Shown: positions 8,201-14,940 of the stretch, piece by piece
How the letters are laid out: every line of letters starts with the position of its first letter
How positions within the stretch are numbered: position 1 is the first letter of the stretch
NCBI GenBank assembly: GCA_964549615.1
Contig: CAZJVP010000077.1
Span: forward strand, 1 to 14,940
Origin: an uncultured Thermococci archaeon
Lineage (GTDB): Archaea; CAYQAE01; CAYVLA01
Direction of reading: 5' to 3'
DNA: 14,940 nt
Program-made: the position numbers and the translations under genes
The notes under the pieces: generated by a model
Databases searched by the model: none
Told to the model about the DNA's origin: nothing
Seen by the model: only the letters and a program-made list of their open reading frames with translations

Positions 8201-8584
8201 GGCGTGGGGTTCTGGTCATACTGCACCCGGTCCTACGATCTTTGGCAAGGCCCCAACCCCGGCGGAGGGGAGTACGAAATGGTCTATCAGGCCGCCACGC
8301 GACCCGTGCCCAGCGTGCGTTGGCAGGGGATCAGGATTGGAATCGAGGATTACGCACGGCTTTGGCAGCTCAATAAGCTTGCGGCCGATGCTCGTCGGGC
8401 CGGCTTCGGGGATTGGGCCGACGCCGCAGATCGCCTCCTGAAGCGCGCAGCGGCCAAGGCGCGGTCCTCCTCTTGGAACCCCGCCGTGATAGCTAGGCTG
8501 AGGAGGAAGGTCATCGAGATGGAAGTCTCCTTCCCCGGCGGGCAACGAGGCAAAGCCAGCCAGATGCCAGATGCGGCGAAATGA
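5261..8584 (+). CDS. Multidomain protein: N-terminal PQQ-like/FG-GAP beta-propeller fused to a GH123/DUF4091-like glycoside hydrolase region
   Basis: 1107 aa. Repeats VGDLDGDGRDEII, LGDINGDGSAELV, IADIDGDGMPELL and VADADSDGRLEIL, plus G..xW propeller blades. The C-terminal part has FYPVDEP and SVRWQGIRIGIEDY. GGTGA SD at 5249-5253. Confidence 0.8.
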   Translation: MSLLKEAWSLERADVAGCPAVMTWGGTRLIVVGTSSGDVVALDAQAERRWCTHIGGRISTWPVFDTVQGPGPSLLVGSEEGTVACISPRGQMRWRVELEAAMTPFNSIAALRGDTNARIVATDRDGRATGIDDGGNVVWQFHTYQRGLGPAAVGDLDGDGRDEIIFSAGDAHVYCLGSDGSFRWAVRCKRSAQYSAPVLADLGRGPCVLAGAADDIVRCISPDGRVLWAQRGVGAGSVEVGLSLGDINGDGSAELVYTHAGRAIQAVDGRGRLLWHAAYGGGDQPFGPSIADIDGDGMPELLLTQRRGPIFRMLNHAGQLLEEYDIPGGMVGAPIVADADSDGRLEILVVAHETGKLTCYRAQADRGGKVWWPSSRGDFDGRANRLLRVPRVVTRYRPARRGLMPRRSEPSRLHLGFNSFRYARPRRWKLGRRLPVEVVLCGPDGIAHRTILHTAADCGGFEILDAGNYRLQASMWDHRSRRVARTSETLRVGLFKDELAEAARLLNKLDGLDARMQGCRPLAPSRRLAWSDLEARISTYPDLPKKDRRTMVCEVHRSLGCLRRAVHCRVLAQKVMRSSPSAAAFLAHAPEHPWARFDPEADFPAKGLIRRLSLHTDRGGHDAAVIQLANLLDQPIDVRVWLDPLTGSDGRTFATRDRLVLRQVTWVPTASGGMAPDALPELADAGLIAIPPSSSARLWIDIDAGDLEPGMYATFLHARALVPADATLEVPVEWVIAPVALPSPMPLRFCNWGYVNCSPLRGIADEAVRDMQSHHTNVFVLTGNWLPTVTYDAQGRLTGEPDWQDHDWILQRLRPQDMVLLLGSPVVPEEGAPGQGSLQWERAFATFLPKWVRHLASRGLGYDRWAFYPVDEPGLLGGKLIDELERYARYYKNLDPNVQVYTDPFKGMTVADMRRVQGLVDIFQPNFGTVVCEPSRERVNFLKSTGKPVWTYEALGGVKDMANVTYYWQVIWTAWDLGLTGVGFWSYCTRSYDLWQGPNPGGGEYEMVYQAATRPVPSVRWQGIRIGIEDYARLWQLNKLAADARRAGFGDWADAADRLLKRAAAKARSSSWNPAVIARLRRKVIEMEVSFPGGQRGKASQMPDAAK

Positions 8585-8660
8585 TCGAGGTCTCCGCAAG
8601 CCTTGCAACGGCTGCCCGGCGCCCGGCTCCTTCCCGCGCGGAGAGGGTGCCCAGGACGCC

Positions 8661-9434
8661 TCATCCGCAAGCCATCCAGCTCGCCATCGTTCTCGACGCC
8701 ACCTCGATGATCTCACCGAGATCCAAGTCCCCAGCATCCTCAACGCGCGAGAGGACCTGCCTTGCGAGGTCCGTGCAACTCCCAAGCCGGCTTACAGCCT
8801 CATCGATCGCGGCCCCCACCGCAGGATTCTTGCGGAAAGGGTAGGCCGCCATGATCACCTTCATCTCGTTCAGGACGGCGATCTTCCCCTCCGCCACCTC
8901 GCCACGGGCCAGTTCGCGCAGGTAGAAAGCTTCCTGGTCCTCGCGAATTCCAAATCGGTCCAGTAGGCTTGAAACTTGGAAATCCTTGACCCCGATGGAC
9001 ACTAGATACGACATCGCCGAGGCCTCGCCACCGCTCAACCTCCCAGCCTCGACAAGCGCCCTCAGGGAGGGCGGAAGGCCGAGCAGGTATGAGGAGATCT
9101 CCCAGTGCAACACGGCATGGCCCACCTCGTGTTGAAGCCTCGCCCGCGAGGAGAAGTCCTCCAGGTCGGCATCCTCGGACGAAATCCAGATCCGCGGGTA
9201 GCCTGCGAATGCCTCGTGGAAGGTTGCGAAATCCGGAACGACTAGGCTGCCTGGAATGTCGAGCTGCTCCAGCTCCGCCTGAAGCGCGGTTTTCGTTGCG
9301 GTTCTCGTAGGAAAAATGTGAAGTTCAACGTAGTGCTCCGGCTGTCCAAGTCGCGAAAGAAGTTCCTGGACATACCTGCAAAGAGGATCTCCGAGGTGCG
9401 CGCAGGACTGCTCGGCAAAGGCCTTGACGGTCAT
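8661..9434 (-). CDS. Hypothetical HExxH (zincin-like) protein
   Basis: Contains RLQHEVGHAVLH and a downstream acidic candidate ligand (VKDFQV). Start moved to ATG9434 (257 aa) because TTCTTAAG lies 24 nt upstream. Confidence 0.75.
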   Translation of the reverse strand: MTVKAFAEQSCAHLGDPLCRYVQELLSRLGQPEHYVELHIFPTRTATKTALQAELEQLDIPGSLVVPDFATFHEAFAGYPRIWISSEDADLEDFSSRARLQHEVGHAVLHWEISSYLLGLPPSLRALVEAGRLSGGEASAMSYLVSIGVKDFQVSSLLDRFGIREDQEAFYLRELARGEVAEGKIAVLNEMKVIMAAYPFRKNPAVGAAIDEAVSRLGSCTDLARQVLSRVEDAGDLDLGEIIEVASRTMASWMACG

Positions 9435-9458
9435 GCGCGGTGTTCGGCTCCGAGCGGC

Positions 9459-9467
9459 CTTAAGAAT
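9459..9467 (-). promoter_or_regulatory. TATA-like box ATTCTTAAG
   Basis: Same 9-mer as at 4241-4233; 24 nt upstream of ATG9434. Confidence 0.5.
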
Positions 9468-9580
9468 ATCAGCCGATGTCCTAAACAAACGCGCCCATCT
9501 GAAACGCAGACTTATGCCGGCCCAATTGCACAATATCGGCTCTGTTGCAGCAATTTCCGCTCAAACCGCTGCGTTTTTTG

Positions 9581-9594
9581 CGAAATATTTATAA
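9581..9594 (+). promoter_or_regulatory. Strong archaeal BRE + TATA box
   Basis: CGAAATA-TTTATAA in a conspicuously AT-rich patch. Expected start site about 9612-9620. Confidence 0.7.
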
Positions 9595-9613
9595 GTACGT
9601 GAGAGATTATTCA

Positions 9614-9850
9614 GCTAAGGGACCAGGCCCGAGCAAGAAGGGAGCATACGGCCATGCAGACCAGTTTCGCAGCTTCGCCATTGGTCACTTCCAAGGGGTT
9701 CTCGAGAGAGAAGATGCCGAGGCTGGTCGGAAACGCCCCCCTCCTCGTATCGTTCTGCCTAGTTCTCGGTTTGTTCCTTTCGCTGCTCGCATAGGGCCGA
9801 GCCACTTCACCAGATCGGCTCTCGTGGGCGCCCGGGCCTGATCCCCTAGC
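9614..9850. repeat. 21-nt imperfect inverted repeat (9614-9634 / 9830-9850) enclosing a small ORF
   Basis: GCTAAGGGACCAGGCCCGAGC versus GCCCGGGCCTGATCCCCTAGC: 18 of 21 positions complementary. All three mismatches are A/C on + and G-U on -. Confidence 0.85.
9654..9794 (+). CDS. Small (46 aa) protein with one C-terminal hydrophobic helix
   Basis: Below the ORF-track cutoff. Translation MQTSFAASPLVTSKGFSREKMPRLVGNAPLLVSFCLVLGLFLSLLA*. Purine-rich GAAGGGAG at 9637-9644 and a TATA box at 9588. Confidence 0.55.
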   Translation: MQTSFAASPLVTSKGFSREKMPRLVGNAPLLVSFCLVLGLFLSLLA

Positions 9851-9901
9851 ACCGCTCGGCGGCCATACTCCCCGAGCACTTTTGTTCGAATGACACGACC
9901 T

Positions 9902-9951
9902 ACTGCCTCCCCAGGCACCGGGCGCCTCCCTGGCAGTTCGGACACCTTTTT
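9902..9951 (+). terminator. Possible hairpin plus T-tract terminator (the T-tract may instead be the TATA box of the GH2 gene)
   Basis: ACTGCC...GGCAGT stem with an inner AGGC/GCCT pair, followed by TTTTT at 9947-9951. Confidence 0.25.
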
Positions 9952-9983
9952 CAAACCGTCTTCCAACCGCCTGCGATTTCACC

Positions 9984-12131
9984 TTGACTTCGCACAGCTC
10001 AACGTCTGACTTCGGAGAAGGATGGGTGTTTCAACTTGGCGAGGCTCTCGGTGCCTCAAGCCCTGGCTACGACGACTCTGGATGGGAGGAGGTCAGGCTA
10101 CCCCACAGCTTCAATGCGGCCGACACGTTCATTCCCGTACGCGGCCCATACCGAGGCCCCGCCTGGTATAGGAAGAGATTCCGGCACGCAGGCAAGGGGA
10201 ACGTATTCCTCAGGTTTGACGCAGTCTGGGGCAAGGTACACGTTTGGCTCAACGGTGAGGACCTCGGCGAGCACACCGACGGCCTCGTCGGGTTTGAGCT
10301 GGAGCTAACGGATCACCTCGTGAGCGGACAGAACCTCATCGCTATCCGCGTCGACAACTCGCACGACCCCAGGGTTCTCCCCGGAAAGAGGCTTCCCGAC
10401 TACAACGTTTACGGCGGCCTGTGCGGAGACGTATGGTTGGTCAACAAGGGGCCCTGCTTCTTCCGCTGGAGGTCGCTAGCCATCACCCCGCGCGAGGTCG
10501 GCGAGGGCCGCGCCAAGGTCGACATCGTCGCGGCGATGGCCAGCAAGGACCGCGTCGGAAGGAAAGTGCGAGCAACGGCCAGGATAACGGACCCAGATGG
10601 CACCGAGATCGCCCACACCGGCCAGGTCTCACCCAGCCTGGCCGGGACGTTTACCTTCCACTGCGAGATCCCGTCGCCGCGGCTTTGGTCACCCGACTCG
10701 CCCCAACTGTACGGCGTCGAGATCACCCTCTTCGTGGACGGAGTGCCGGTCGACTCGGAGGCCGAACGATTTGGGATCAGGAGCTTCTCGTTCGACGAGA
10801 ACAAGGGCTTCATCATCAACGGCAGGAGAGTGCAGCTTAAGGGGGTGAACCGGCACCAAGACTTTCCGGGAATTGCGAACGTCCTGCCCGAGAGGCTGAA
10901 TCGCAGGGATGCTGAGCTCATCAAGGAGATGGGGGGCAACTTCGTGCGCACGTCACACTACCCCCAGCACCCCTCCTTCCTGGCAGCCTGCGACGAGTTG
11001 GGCATCCTAGTGTACGAGGAGATTTGCACTTGGCAGTTCATAGGCGGGAAGGCGTTCATCGATAGCGCCAACGCCATGATGGCCGGGATGATCAGGAGGG
11101 ACCGCAACCACCCCTGCATCATCCTCTGGGGCGTAATGAACGAGGGGCGCTCCAAGAAGATGTTCGAGAGGCTCAAACAGACCGCCATGGAGCTGGATCC
11201 ATCCCGCCCAACGGCCTACGCAGAAAACACTCTGGCGGAAGGGGTGTCCCTGGGCACCGTCTTCATCACGGATGTCTTGGGCGTCAACTACCAGCTGGAG
11301 TCCCTGGATGCCCTTCACGCCGCGTATCCGCGCCTCAAGATCCTCGTCAGCGAACACACGAACGCAACGGTTCCCAGGGGCAATCCAGACGATGAGAAGA
11401 GGCAGGCCGAGCGCATAGCCCGCGATCTGGACCTGATAGAATCGAGGCCATTCGTCGCGGGCAGCGCCCTTTGGTCGATGCACGACTATGGAACGGATTA
11501 CGAACCCGTTTGGCCCATCCAGAGATCGGGCGTCCTGGACGAGTACAGAAACCCGAAGGAGGCATTCCACATGATCGCCGCGAGGTGGAGAAAGGACCCG
11601 GTCGTCCGCATCGCTTCCAGCTGGAACCGACCGCACAGGGAAAACGAGATCGTCGAGGTAAGGGTCTACTCTAACTGTGACGTGGAACTGCAAGTGGATG
11701 GGAAATCCCTCGGGTCGAAGCCTCCTGGTAACCCGGCGATCTGGCAGGTGCCCTACACCGGCCGCAGGATAGACGCGATCGGCCGGAGGGCAGACGACCT
11801 AGTCCGGGACACCATGGTGGCCCCGGGCAAGGCATCGAGGATCCGCCTTTCCTGTCCGGCCCAGATGCGGTCGGATGGGAAGGATGCGGTGCTCGTCGTC
11901 GCGGCGGTCACGGATGACGAGGGAAACCCTGTACCAGACTACGAGAAAGAGGTGACCTTCAGGGCAAGGGGGCCGGGGCGGCTATACGGACTCGGCGGCA
12001 GCCAGTCCGCGACGCTGAGAACAGGGGTCACGGGCATCATTTTGAGGTCGGTTGGCAGAAAGGGACGCATCACCCTATCTGCATCCGCACCAGGCCTGCA
12101 ATCCGAGTCGGCGACGATAGTTTGCGCCTGA
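9984..12131 (+). CDS. Glycoside hydrolase family 2 (beta-galactosidase/beta-glucuronidase-like)
   Basis: 715 aa with W...RLPH, YRGPAWYRK, YGGL..DV, LWSPDSPQLY, LKGVNRHQD, VRTSHYP, the acid/base motif WGVMNE, the nucleophile VSE and C-terminal Ig-like domains. TTG start; no signal peptide seen. Confidence 0.93.
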   Translation: MTSHSSTSDFGEGWVFQLGEALGASSPGYDDSGWEEVRLPHSFNAADTFIPVRGPYRGPAWYRKRFRHAGKGNVFLRFDAVWGKVHVWLNGEDLGEHTDGLVGFELELTDHLVSGQNLIAIRVDNSHDPRVLPGKRLPDYNVYGGLCGDVWLVNKGPCFFRWRSLAITPREVGEGRAKVDIVAAMASKDRVGRKVRATARITDPDGTEIAHTGQVSPSLAGTFTFHCEIPSPRLWSPDSPQLYGVEITLFVDGVPVDSEAERFGIRSFSFDENKGFIINGRRVQLKGVNRHQDFPGIANVLPERLNRRDAELIKEMGGNFVRTSHYPQHPSFLAACDELGILVYEEICTWQFIGGKAFIDSANAMMAGMIRRDRNHPCIILWGVMNEGRSKKMFERLKQTAMELDPSRPTAYAENTLAEGVSLGTVFITDVLGVNYQLESLDALHAAYPRLKILVSEHTNATVPRGNPDDEKRQAERIARDLDLIESRPFVAGSALWSMHDYGTDYEPVWPIQRSGVLDEYRNPKEAFHMIAARWRKDPVVRIASSWNRPHRENEIVEVRVYSNCDVELQVDGKSLGSKPPGNPAIWQVPYTGRRIDAIGRRADDLVRDTMVAPGKASRIRLSCPAQMRSDGKDAVLVVAAVTDDEGNPVPDYEKEVTFRARGPGRLYGLGGSQSATLRTGVTGIILRSVGRKGRITLSASAPGLQSESATIVCA

Positions 12132-12244
12132 GATTGCGCGGGCCGTGCCGCTGCCCAAGTCCCCACGCGGCCAGAACTGCTCAACCTCACCTCAGGAAAA
12201 AGAATACGGAAAAGTTCTTTAGACGCGTGGGACTCAAGCGTCAC

Positions 12245-13552
12245 GTGTTTCGGGCTTGCCTCGTGCTGGGGATCGTCGCACTGCTTGGTCTCGCCGCCTG
12301 CCAGGCAAGGCCATGGCACCAACGTGAAATCCGCGCCATATACGGGCCGCAGAACATGTCGGTGCTCGCCTCCGAGGGCTTCAACCTAGTCTATAGGAAC
12401 CGATGGTTCAACATGGGAGACTACCTCTCGGATTTCGCAGACATGGGGCTTGAAGCCAGGGAAGCCGGAGTCACGCTGATCGCGGGATTGTACTACCTCG
12501 GGTCGCCGGTCGATCTGAACTACACCCGCGCGGTCACGTGGTTCGGAGAGGTGGAACCCCACGCTCCATCTCCGTGTGACCGAGCATACTGGAGGGAAGT
12601 GATAGAGGAACCTGCGGTCGCGCTGGCGAGGCTTTCCCTCTCCTACCCCATAGCCGGCCTGGCATTCGACTTCGAGCTCTACCTCGCGGAGTGGTTCAGA
12701 TACGGCCCGGAGGAGGATTTCCGCTCCTACAGCTACGATGCCTTGAGCCTACAGGCATTTGCATCCGACGAAGGCTTAGTGCTCCCCGACATTCCCCAAA
12801 ACCAGAGCTATCGGTGGCTGAGCGACAAGCTCTTGCTGGATCGATTCCAGCGATGGCAGCGAAAAGAGGTCTACGAGATGGCGAGGGAGACCGCCCGCTC
12901 GGTCTATGCCGTCAATCCGGAGTTCTCGTTAGGCGTCCTTGGATTCGGCGACTGTTGGTTCCACTGGACCATCCTGGCAGCGTGGAACAACCCAAGGGTT
13001 CCGACGACCATATGGGACGAATCCTCCTACGGCGGGCACGACCCGAACACGACCATCAGGCGCCTGCAGGCAATCAGGGAGCATAGCCTCAACGCAAGGT
13101 ACCTGCCAGGCCTTTACACCACCAAGCAATCCCCGGCCCAGATAGTGCGGAACATGTCGCAGGCGCTTTCCTACTGCAATGGATTCTGGGTGTACCAGCA
13201 CGACCACGGCCAGTACGACCTCGGCACGGAGCAGGAGTACCACCGGGCATACAGGCGCTTCATGGCGCTAAAGAGCGTATGGGGACTCATGATCGGGTCG
13301 GCCGCCGCAGTCCTAGTTCTCGCCGCAGTCGCGCTTGGAGGGGTGGGCTTGAGGAGATTGATGGGGCGCGGAGGGGGAGCCGCAGGCCCTCCCCAGGCAA
13401 GGGGCTTTCCCTGCCCTGGACAGCCCGGCGACGCGTGTGGGACGTGCAGGTACCTGCAGACCTTTGGGGAAAGCAAGCTGTGCTCGAAGCTGGGCATGCA
13501 GGTCAAGTCAACCAGATCGGTCGGCGACGAGCCAAAGTCGAAGGGAGCCTGA
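12245..13552 (+). CDS. Membrane-anchored putative glycoside hydrolase-like (TIM-barrel) protein with lipobox, C-terminal TM helix and 4-Cys tail
   Basis: Signal-like VFRACLVLGIVALLGLAAC, a central GLAFDFELY (DxE) motif, TM VWGLMIGSAAAVLVLAAVALGGVGL and tail CPGQPGDACGTCRYLQTFGESKLC. The start is probably GTG12245 (TTCTTTAG 22 nt upstream) or GTG12227, not 12122. Confidence 0.7.
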   Translation: MFRACLVLGIVALLGLAACQARPWHQREIRAIYGPQNMSVLASEGFNLVYRNRWFNMGDYLSDFADMGLEAREAGVTLIAGLYYLGSPVDLNYTRAVTWFGEVEPHAPSPCDRAYWREVIEEPAVALARLSLSYPIAGLAFDFELYLAEWFRYGPEEDFRSYSYDALSLQAFASDEGLVLPDIPQNQSYRWLSDKLLLDRFQRWQRKEVYEMARETARSVYAVNPEFSLGVLGFGDCWFHWTILAAWNNPRVPTTIWDESSYGGHDPNTTIRRLQAIREHSLNARYLPGLYTTKQSPAQIVRNMSQALSYCNGFWVYQHDHGQYDLGTEQEYHRAYRRFMALKSVWGLMIGSAAAVLVLAAVALGGVGLRRLMGRGGGAAGPPQARGFPCPGQPGDACGTCRYLQTFGESKLCSKLGMQVKSTRSVGDEPKSKGA

Positions 13553-13555
13553 ATC

Positions 13556-14668
13556 ATGGGCACATGTGCAGTCTGCGGCAAGAAGAGCCCTTTGGTTTCA
13601 TCTTTTCTTTCCGTATGCGGCCCCTGCTTCAGGGAGCATCCCGACGAGGCGCTTCCCATCGCGAAGAGGGCCCACGAGACGGCCCGAAAGAGGATCGGTT
13701 TGCCCGCGAGCGTCCCGAGATCGCCGGCGGGACGCGAGTGCACGATGTGCCCGAATCGCTGCCGCCTCCAAGATGGCGAGAAGGGCTACTGCGGCCTGTT
13801 TAGCAACCAGAACGGCAGGATCACGAGGATCCTCGAGGAGGGCGTAGGCATCGCGAGTTACTACAAGGATCCGCACCCGACCAACTGCGTCGCGTCATGG
13901 TGCTGCGCGGGGGGAACAGGCGCGGGATACCCGGCGTACTCCGTCTCGAGGGGCACTGAGGTGGGATGGGCCAACGCCGCGGTTTTCCTCGGCAGCTGCA
14001 CGTACCACTGCCTATTCTGCCAGAACCACGATTCATGGACGCAGATGATCGCCTCACGTTCGCCGCGCATCACGGACCGCCAGCTGGCGCAGGAGATACT
14101 GGACGACCCCGACTACACATGCGTGTGCTGGTTCGGCGGATGCCCCAGTTCGCAGATCGAGTTCGTGCTGTCAGCCTCGCGACGCATCGCCGAAGGAAAG
14201 GGCGACAGGATACTGAGGATATGCCTGGAGACGAACGGAAACATCGAGCCCCGGTTCCTGCTGCCGATCTCCAGGCTGAGCCTCGATTCGGGAGGAGGGC
14301 TCAAGTTTGACCTCAAGTTCCATTCCCCCCACCTTCAGATGGCGCTTTGCGGCGCGTCGAACGAGCAGGCCATTGAAAACTTCCGGTCCCTGAAGACCAT
14401 GAACATGGAAAGGCGAGAGCCGCCCTTCTTGAGAGCTTCGACCCCTGTGGTGCCAGGCTACGTGGATGCCCAGGAGATCAAAGGGCTCGCCGAGCTGGTG
14501 GCCGAAGTGGACCCAGCCATACCCTACTCTCTGCTGGCATTCCATCCGTGCTATCTGATGTCGGATCTACCAAGATGTTCGATGAATCTGATGGAGGAGT
14601 GTCGGCAGGCGGCACTGTCCGCCGGATTGGAACGCGTGAGGATAGGTAATAGGTTCCTAATCTCGTAA
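13556..14668 (+). CDS. Radical SAM protein, archaeal PflA-like (pyruvate formate-lyase activating enzyme family)
   Basis: 370 aa with CxxxCxxC (CTYHCLFCQN), WFGG, CLETNG and KFDLK. N-terminal Cys clusters CAVC...CGPC and CTMCPNRC...YCG, plus DPHPTNCVASWCC. Confidence 0.9.
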   Translation: MGTCAVCGKKSPLVSSFLSVCGPCFREHPDEALPIAKRAHETARKRIGLPASVPRSPAGRECTMCPNRCRLQDGEKGYCGLFSNQNGRITRILEEGVGIASYYKDPHPTNCVASWCCAGGTGAGYPAYSVSRGTEVGWANAAVFLGSCTYHCLFCQNHDSWTQMIASRSPRITDRQLAQEILDDPDYTCVCWFGGCPSSQIEFVLSASRRIAEGKGDRILRICLETNGNIEPRFLLPISRLSLDSGGGLKFDLKFHSPHLQMALCGASNEQAIENFRSLKTMNMERREPPFLRASTPVVPGYVDAQEIKGLAELVAEVDPAIPYSLLAFHPCYLMSDLPRCSMNLMEECRQAALSAGLERVRIGNRFLIS

Positions 14669-14759
14669 AAAACCCTATCTCGGTTTGACGTGAGGCCAAA
14701 GCTAGGCGCGGCATGCGTCATGGAAAGAAATTAAGAGGAGGTCAAGGGAACCTGCGTCC

Positions 14760-14940
14760 ATGAAGTGCCTGATCGAAAAGGCTATCGAACTGGGCGCCTC
14801 CGACGCGGTCATCCTCGACCCGGCAAAGGTCCCGGTCGCGAACTGGGTGAGGCTGAAGTGCCAGTTCGGCTGCGGCGGCTGGGGACGTTGCCTCACCTGC
14901 CCACCCTTCACTCCCGAACCGGAAAGGACATCCAAGATCC
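14760..14940 (+). CDS. DUF2284-family predicted metal-binding protein (partial)
   Basis: Not in the ORF track. Translation MKCLIEKAIELGASDAVILDPAKVPVANWVRLKCQFGCGGWGRCLTCPPFTPEPERTSKI... has the WVRxKCxxGC..G....CPP signature and is open to the window end. Confidence 0.85.
   Translation, partial: MKCLIEKAIELGASDAVILDPAKVPVANWVRLKCQFGCGGWGRCLTCPPFTPEPERTSKI

Noticed and set aside
9623-9651. SRP RNA helix-8-like string CCAGGCCCG-AGCAA-GAAGGGAGCA-U-ACGG
   Set aside because: The loop is 9 nt rather than a GNRA tetraloop, the closing stem is poor, and no helix 6 or Alu domain was found nearby. An Infernal SRP search, including permuted forms, would settle it.
9545-9982. ORF-track calls 9545..9841 (+), 9611..9982 (-) and 9685..9966 (-)
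   Set aside because: Arg/Gly/Pro-rich with no motifs, and the first runs through the TATA box. The 46-aa ORF fits the promoter and SD better.
12122-12244. Extended N-terminus of the 476-aa ORF overlapping the GH2 stop, including an RR pair that could suggest Tat export
   Set aside because: The segment contains the AT-rich promoter-like tract, and the RR lies upstream of both plausible GTG starts.

Overview
GC-rich window that looks archaeal. The evidence is TATA/BRE-like promoter elements, GGTGA/GGAGG Shine-Dalgarno motifs, several apparently leaderless starts, an AlaX-M editing enzyme and an archaeal-type PflA-like radical SAM protein. Gene order: partial CxxC-CxxC zinc-ribbon ORF (-, off the left edge); structured non-coding interval (268-560); alaX (-); ADP-ribosylglycohydrolase-family protein with a Cys-rich tail (-); secreted, C-terminally anchored hypothetical protein (-); creatininase-family amidohydrolase (+); FG-GAP/beta-propeller plus GH123/DUF4091-like fusion (+); HExxH protein (-); an unannotated 46-aa hydrophobic ORF inside a 21-nt inverted repeat (+); GH2 glycosidase (+); lipobox/TM-anchored putative glycoside hydrolase (+); radical SAM protein (+); partial DUF2284 protein (+, off the right edge). 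No rRNA, tRNA, CRISPR array or transposase was seen. The most interesting signals are two intergenic units that each start about 20 nt past the end of a TATA-like box and have base-paired 5' and 3' ends. One encloses a small membrane peptide, a layout like a type I toxin-antitoxin locus. The other is a 160-nt rod followed by a variant hammerhead-like fold. All family calls come from motif recognition by eye; no database search or folding program was run.
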